Assembly: GCA_016933055.1 (NCBI GenBank) | Contig: JAFGBS010000028.1 | Coordinates: 60,001 to 92,000 of the forward strand | DNA from: Promethearchaeota archaeon | GTDB taxonomy: Archaea > Asgardarchaeota > Lokiarchaeia > Sigyniarchaeales > Promethearchaeaceae | Direction: 5' to 3' | Length of the DNA stretch: 32,000 nt | In this document: piece by piece, positions 27,974 to 32,000 of the stretch | Position numbering within the stretch: the first letter of the stretch is position 1 | How the letters are laid out: every line of letters begins with the position of its first letter | Made by a program: the position numbers and the translations under genes | Notes under the pieces: model-generated | The model's input: the letters and a program-made list of their open reading frames with translations, nothing else | The model's database searches: none | Told to the model about the DNA's origin: nothing

Positions 27974-28476
27974 TGGCAAAAAAACAAGAAGAGGTTAAGA
28001 AGACGGTGAAGAAGGAAGATGCAAGACAGTTCTGGGATCGAGTACTGGAGATAGACCATAAAAAAGCTACTAAAATGATCATCGGAGGAATGATTATTGC
28101 GATCATTTTCGGAACCGCGGCATTAATCAGCGATTCGATTGCGGGAAATGCCAGTGATTGGGAAAATTATCAACTCCATGAAAATGATTTAGGTTACTGG
28201 CGCGGAGAATATGGGTATCAAGAGTTCTTGGAGAGGGATCGGGAAATCTATGCCAAAGCTGACTGGATGCGTTTCCAGGAAGCTATTTTCGAAAATATTG
28301 CCCGAATCGGAGTAAATGCTGGACTAATCGCTGTAATGATTGGATTTATCTCTTACTCAGCGGAGAAAGAATTGGATCCAAAAAAGAGACTATTATCTTT
28401 CATCTTGGCAGCGTTAATCATTACAATTGTAATGTTTACTTCCCTCACGACTGGGGTAACAGTGTCAATAGGTTAA
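27973..28476 (+). CDS. Hypothetical 3-TM membrane protein
   Basis: The start is probably ATG 27973, overlapping the upstream stop (TAATG) and preceded by GGAGG. The ORF track extends it to 27955. Confidence 0.7.
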   Translation: MAKKQEEVKKTVKKEDARQFWDRVLEIDHKKATKMIIGGMIIAIIFGTAALISDSIAGNASDWENYQLHENDLGYWRGEYGYQEFLERDREIYAKADWMRFQEAIFENIARIGVNAGLIAVMIGFISYSAEKELDPKKRLLSFILAALIITIVMFTSLTTGVTVSIG

Positions 28477-28611
28477 AACGCAGTATTTTTTATATATTAT
28501 CATCTTTTTTTTTAATTGCTTTACCTGATACTATTTCTTTCCATTCTAAGATGAATTCAGATGAGGAAATGTATCGTTGATGATTTCGGTTAGGAGAGAT
28601 GCTTTGTTCTT

Positions 28612-29136
28612 TTAATTTAAGCTATATTTATTTCTGTAAACAATTTCATCTAAATCTAGCCTATTCTGCTCTCTGGGTTCATATCTGGGATAACCTAGCG
28701 GAGTAATTCCTATGATCCGCATTGTTTCGGGGACCTGTAATGTTTTTTTGATTTTTTTTTCATCAAACCAGCCGATCCAACAAGTCCCTAATCCTTCATT
28801 AACGGCAGATAGAATCAACTGATGTAGACATATTGCTGCATCTACGGTATAATATTCTATACCATTCATATTTATTCCAGAATCTTTGGGGTTAATGAAA
28901 ACTACAATTAACATTGGTACTTTCTTGGTCCAATTTTGCCCAATCCCTTCTCCTACTTCTTCTATTAGGTCAGTTTTATCCACAACTAGATAGCGAACCC
29001 CTTGTTTGTTAGCCCAAGTAGGAGCTAATCGTGCAGCTTCTAAAATTCGTTTTAAAATCTCCTCGGGAACCTTATCTGGTTGAAATTTCCGAACAGAGCG
29101 TCGAAAAGTTATAACATCATTGAATTCCATAATCAT
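28612..29136 (-). CDS. Nitroreductase family FMN-dependent oxidoreductase
   Basis: RRSVRKF, AARLAPTWANKQ, GLGTCWIG and LGYP motifs. A TATA-like box at 29153-29160 suggests a leaderless start at ATG 29130 or 29136. Confidence 0.92.
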   Translation of the reverse strand: MIMEFNDVITFRRSVRKFQPDKVPEEILKRILEAARLAPTWANKQGVRYLVVDKTDLIEEVGEGIGQNWTKKVPMLIVVFINPKDSGINMNGIEYYTVDAAICLHQLILSAVNEGLGTCWIGWFDEKKIKKTLQVPETMRIIGITPLGYPRYEPREQNRLDLDEIVYRNKYSLN

Positions 29137-29168
29137 TATTTTGGGTAAAGCGATATAAATTTAATTTT

Positions 29169-30767
29169 CTAATATTTGGATTTATTATTCTCTAATTGAT
29201 TCTGAGGCCTTGCAAGTGATTTCGTAGCTTGAAATATCAAAATACAACCCGCATAGATCACGCTAGTCCAAAAAAACCACGAGATAGTTTGCGGAAGTGA
29301 TAATCCACCAAAATAATTAATGATATCATCTATCAAACCAATTGAAGTATAGATTGTCTCGGGACGGTATTTTATATATACTACTTCGTGCGTATTTCGA
29401 TACAGAGCTTCAAAAATAGCATCAACGGTCTTATTATTTGGATCATCCAATTTTAATTTAACAAAAGTATCTAAATCCTCATTCATATGAACATCAGTTC
29501 CACCCATGCAGATTAAATTGTTATCCAAGCAGAATTGACGGATCTCAGAGGCTTGTTCTCTTGCTCCGTTGACAATTTCAAATCCATCGACACCCCAATC
29601 TCGTAATTGCTCATACGTAAAAGGAGCGCTTATTAGGGATTCATAATGATTTACAGTAACGTATAATCCTTCCGATTTTGCCCATTGAATTGCTTCTCTA
29701 CAAGATAAAGTCTCAGTTGAGTTTTCTTCCCCCCAATAATTATCAGGAACCACCACCCGATCGGTTTCTCCATAGATATTGAGGTGAATACCTTCAGGAT
29801 CATCAGTGAACTCTTGAGCTTTAATTACTGTGAATTCTAAATTCTTTCTCTCTACATATTTCTGCGCTTTTATCGCTCCTTTGAGATTGTGATGATCTGA
29901 AAATGCAGCTCCATGGATACCTTGATCTATATACCATCTAACTCTTTGAGCTGGCGTTAATACTCCATCAGAATAGATCGTGTGTGCATGCAAATCAAAT
30001 AAAAATTCATCAGCAGCAAGAGTGGTCTCAATTCTTTGAGTGGGAATTTTTATATATTGTAATCCTTGAGTTAGCATCAAGATTAACCAAAATGTTGTGA
30101 CAAATTTCACAAGTTCCTTTTTAGACGCAATTAAGAAATTTCTTAAGCGAGTTTTTCGAATTGTTAAGAGGAACTTCTTCCGAATCTGGTAGAACTTCAT
30201 ATGAGTGTCATTACGCTTAAAAGTCCACAAAATTACATTATAGAGAAGTTTCCCCGAAAATAAGCCCAAATTTATCCATGAAATTACTTTCAATATCCAT
30301 CTAAAGTTATTAGACAAAAATAATACCCCTGCAATTACGTATCCCACTCCAAATATTATTACTCCTAGTAAGAACATCATCATCCCCCAAATCGAAGTAA
30401 ATTTGAGTGCATCGAGTAAAATATTGGATATTATACTTGTTTTTATCATATGATTGTATCGATATTTGTCCAAAATTAGCAGTATTGCTCGTATAATTAT
30501 ATAAAATAGCACTAATATGATGATCCAATAAGAAAAATCTAAGCCTACAATTAAGAAAGTACCAATTAATGGTTCAAAAATCACTCTAAGTGGGTGAATA
30601 ATGGATTTATATGAGGAAGTTACATCCATTTGAGATAATGCATCATAAAACACTGGGTTTCGAGAGCCTACAAATGCAATATAAATTAACCATCCGATAA
30701 AGGCACCGAATCCGAGAGTAGTCAGAATTTCAAGTAAATTTTTGTGAAGTAAAATCCGTATTTTCAT
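29169..30767 (-). CDS. PHP-domain metal-dependent phosphoesterase with N-terminal TM helices
   Basis: DLHAHTIYSDG, FSDHH, QEFT, IHLN, VNHY and GGTDVH metal-binding motifs, plus about 5-6 N-terminal TM segments and a C-terminal TM. Confidence 0.85.
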   Translation of the reverse strand: MKIRILLHKNLLEILTTLGFGAFIGWLIYIAFVGSRNPVFYDALSQMDVTSSYKSIIHPLRVIFEPLIGTFLIVGLDFSYWIIILVLFYIIIRAILLILDKYRYNHMIKTSIISNILLDALKFTSIWGMMMFLLGVIIFGVGYVIAGVLFLSNNFRWILKVISWINLGLFSGKLLYNVILWTFKRNDTHMKFYQIRKKFLLTIRKTRLRNFLIASKKELVKFVTTFWLILMLTQGLQYIKIPTQRIETTLAADEFLFDLHAHTIYSDGVLTPAQRVRWYIDQGIHGAAFSDHHNLKGAIKAQKYVERKNLEFTVIKAQEFTDDPEGIHLNIYGETDRVVVPDNYWGEENSTETLSCREAIQWAKSEGLYVTVNHYESLISAPFTYEQLRDWGVDGFEIVNGAREQASEIRQFCLDNNLICMGGTDVHMNEDLDTFVKLKLDDPNNKTVDAIFEALYRNTHEVVYIKYRPETIYTSIGLIDDIINYFGGLSLPQTISWFFWTSVIYAGCILIFQATKSLARPQNQLENNKSKY

Positions 30768-30789
30768 CTATACTTGCTTTCTTAGAGAC

Positions 30790-30797
30790 TATATAAA
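30790..30797 (-). promoter_or_regulatory. Archaeal-type TATA box TTTATATA
   Basis: Lies 23 nt upstream of ATG 30767, the spacing typical of leaderless archaeal transcripts. Confidence 0.55.
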
Positions 30798-30799
30798 AA

Positions 30800-31729
30800 T
30801 TATGGAACCTCATCGGTTTCGAAAAGATTTAGAAGTCTCACGAATAAATGTTTCAAATAGCGTTCTGCAGTAGTGAAATGAGTTCCATCTTCATAAAAGA
30901 ATGATTCACAATTAGGTATATGATCGGCAACATATTTTCCCATTTCTATTGGAACAATGTCATCCGCTTCACCATGAATCAACATAACAAGTTTATCTTC
31001 CGGTATTTCTTCCAATTTAAATCCCCAGTCACGAGCATAAATTTCAACATCTTGCGCAGTCCCTAACGGTCCTTGTGCATATCCTGCATAATTATCCAAT
31101 ATGAAAGATTCCTTGTATTCAGGTGTTTTGAATAACTCCTGATCAGTTGTACTCATTCCCCGAATCATCTTATCAATTGTTTTTACAGATTTTTTCATAG
31201 TTCGAAATTGAGAATAAAATACTAAACGATACGCTAATTTGAAAATGGTTCGGGATAATTTTGCTAAACATAACCCCGCCCTTAATAATGGCATCATCTG
31301 TTTGATTCCACTTTCCATCGGTCCTAAACCCGATACTACTAAAGTCGCAATCAATCGGTTTGAAGGGATTTGATAAGTGCATGCAAGCGCGTAAGGACCC
31401 CCACCGGATATCCCTAAAATCGCAAAACGTTTGATTTTCAATAAATTCGCAAATTCTAATACATCTTCTGCCCAAGATAGCAATGTACGTCGTTTTTGTG
31501 GACTTGATAACCCAATACCTGGACGATCGATAGCGTATACTTTGAAAGGTGAGTTTTTCAGTTTTTCATGGAGTAATTTACCCTCATAGCGAGATCCCGG
31601 AAATCCATGAAAATATATTACAGGAAATCCACTACGATTTCCATAAATCGCGTACCCGATTTTTCTTCCATCATGTAAGAAAATCATCAGATCTTCCGAT
31701 TCCGAATCAATTAACCTACTAGCAAGCAT
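30800..31729 (-). CDS. Alpha/beta hydrolase (Abhydrolase_1)
   Basis: YFHGFPGSR, IDRPGIG, GISGGG nucleophile elbow, IHGEADDIVP and THF. Confidence 0.9.
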   Translation of the reverse strand: MLASRLIDSESEDLMIFLHDGRKIGYAIYGNRSGFPVIYFHGFPGSRYEGKLLHEKLKNSPFKVYAIDRPGIGLSSPQKRRTLLSWAEDVLEFANLLKIKRFAILGISGGGPYALACTYQIPSNRLIATLVVSGLGPMESGIKQMMPLLRAGLCLAKLSRTIFKLAYRLVFYSQFRTMKKSVKTIDKMIRGMSTTDQELFKTPEYKESFILDNYAGYAQGPLGTAQDVEIYARDWGFKLEEIPEDKLVMLIHGEADDIVPIEMGKYVADHIPNCESFFYEDGTHFTTAERYLKHLFVRLLNLFETDEVP

Positions 31730-31738
31730 TTTTTTCTC

Positions 31739-32000
31739 TTATACCAATTGGATAGTAAAGGAATTGTCTAAATTTCTTCCAGATACTACTTGGAAAGTTT
31801 GATTATTGACAGTGATGTTATAGGTTCCAAAAAATCCAGTGAATTCTAAAATACCATTTGAATCAGTGTGAATATTAGTGAATTCGGTATGCCATCTTTC
31901 CTTAATCAAATGCTTTAGGATGTTGTATGATGGTTTCGGGGTAAAATCAGATCGCACTAAACCGTATCCATCATATCGTGAATGATCTACATCTCGATCT
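31739..32000 (-). CDS. C-terminal part of a GH10 (endo-xylanase-like) glycoside hydrolase, truncated by the right edge
   Basis: The frame is open to the edge: DRDVDHSRYDGYGLVRSDFTPKPSYNILKHLIKERWHT...TDSNG...FTGFFGTYNITV. This matches the GL..D..PKP..W.T..G.F.G.Y tail typical of GH10 proteins. Confidence 0.65.
   Translation of the reverse strand, partial: DRDVDHSRYDGYGLVRSDFTPKPSYNILKHLIKERWHTEFTNIHTDSNGILEFTGFFGTYNITVNNQTFQVVSGRNLDNSFTIQLV

Noticed and set aside
1928-31475. Many short ORF-track entries overlapping long genes on the opposite strand or in another frame (e.g. 1928-2167, 4211-4546, 13446-13859, 20125-20505, 27542-27979, 31173-31475)
   Set aside because: They are shadow ORFs fully inside genes with clear family motifs, and none has recognisable motifs or its own translation signals.

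Overview
This is an AT-rich prokaryotic chromosomal window (roughly one-third GC by eye), densely coding. It is most likely archaeal and plausibly Asgard/Lokiarchaeia-like. That assignment is an inference from GAGGTGA-type Shine-Dalgarno sites, TTTATATA boxes about 25 nt before start codons, a geranylgeranyl reductase, and many membrane-tethered hydrolases. The content is mostly lipid, glycan and peptide housekeeping: three tandem HGSNAT/DUF1624-like membrane acyltransferases (the first is cut by the left edge), a GGR, a PlsC, an M28 peptidase, two paralogous unknown membrane proteins flanking a UvrD/PcrA helicase, a DUF998-like protein, a Zn-dependent dehydrogenase, a sulfotransferase, an MFS transporter, two tandem lysophospholipid acyltransferases, a penicillin-acylase-family Ntn hydrolase, a membrane esterase, a GH57/GH38-like protein, a nitroreductase, a membrane PHP hydrolase, an alpha/beta hydrolase and the C-terminus of a GH10-like gene. 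The clearest unannotated feature is a 233-bp non-coding insertion (25981-26213). It is flanked by a TAG direct repeat at a CTAG target, has imperfect terminal inverted repeats and a strong internal hairpin, and removing it restores an intact 153-aa ORF. Other leads are a palindromic operator-like motif shared by two promoters, a 570-bp motif-rich intergenic region, an apparently catalytically dead HGSNAT paralog, and archaeal and bacterial-type lipid enzymes located together. I saw no CRISPR array, rRNA, tRNA, transposase or defence system. I cannot claim a complete novel system from the sequence alone.
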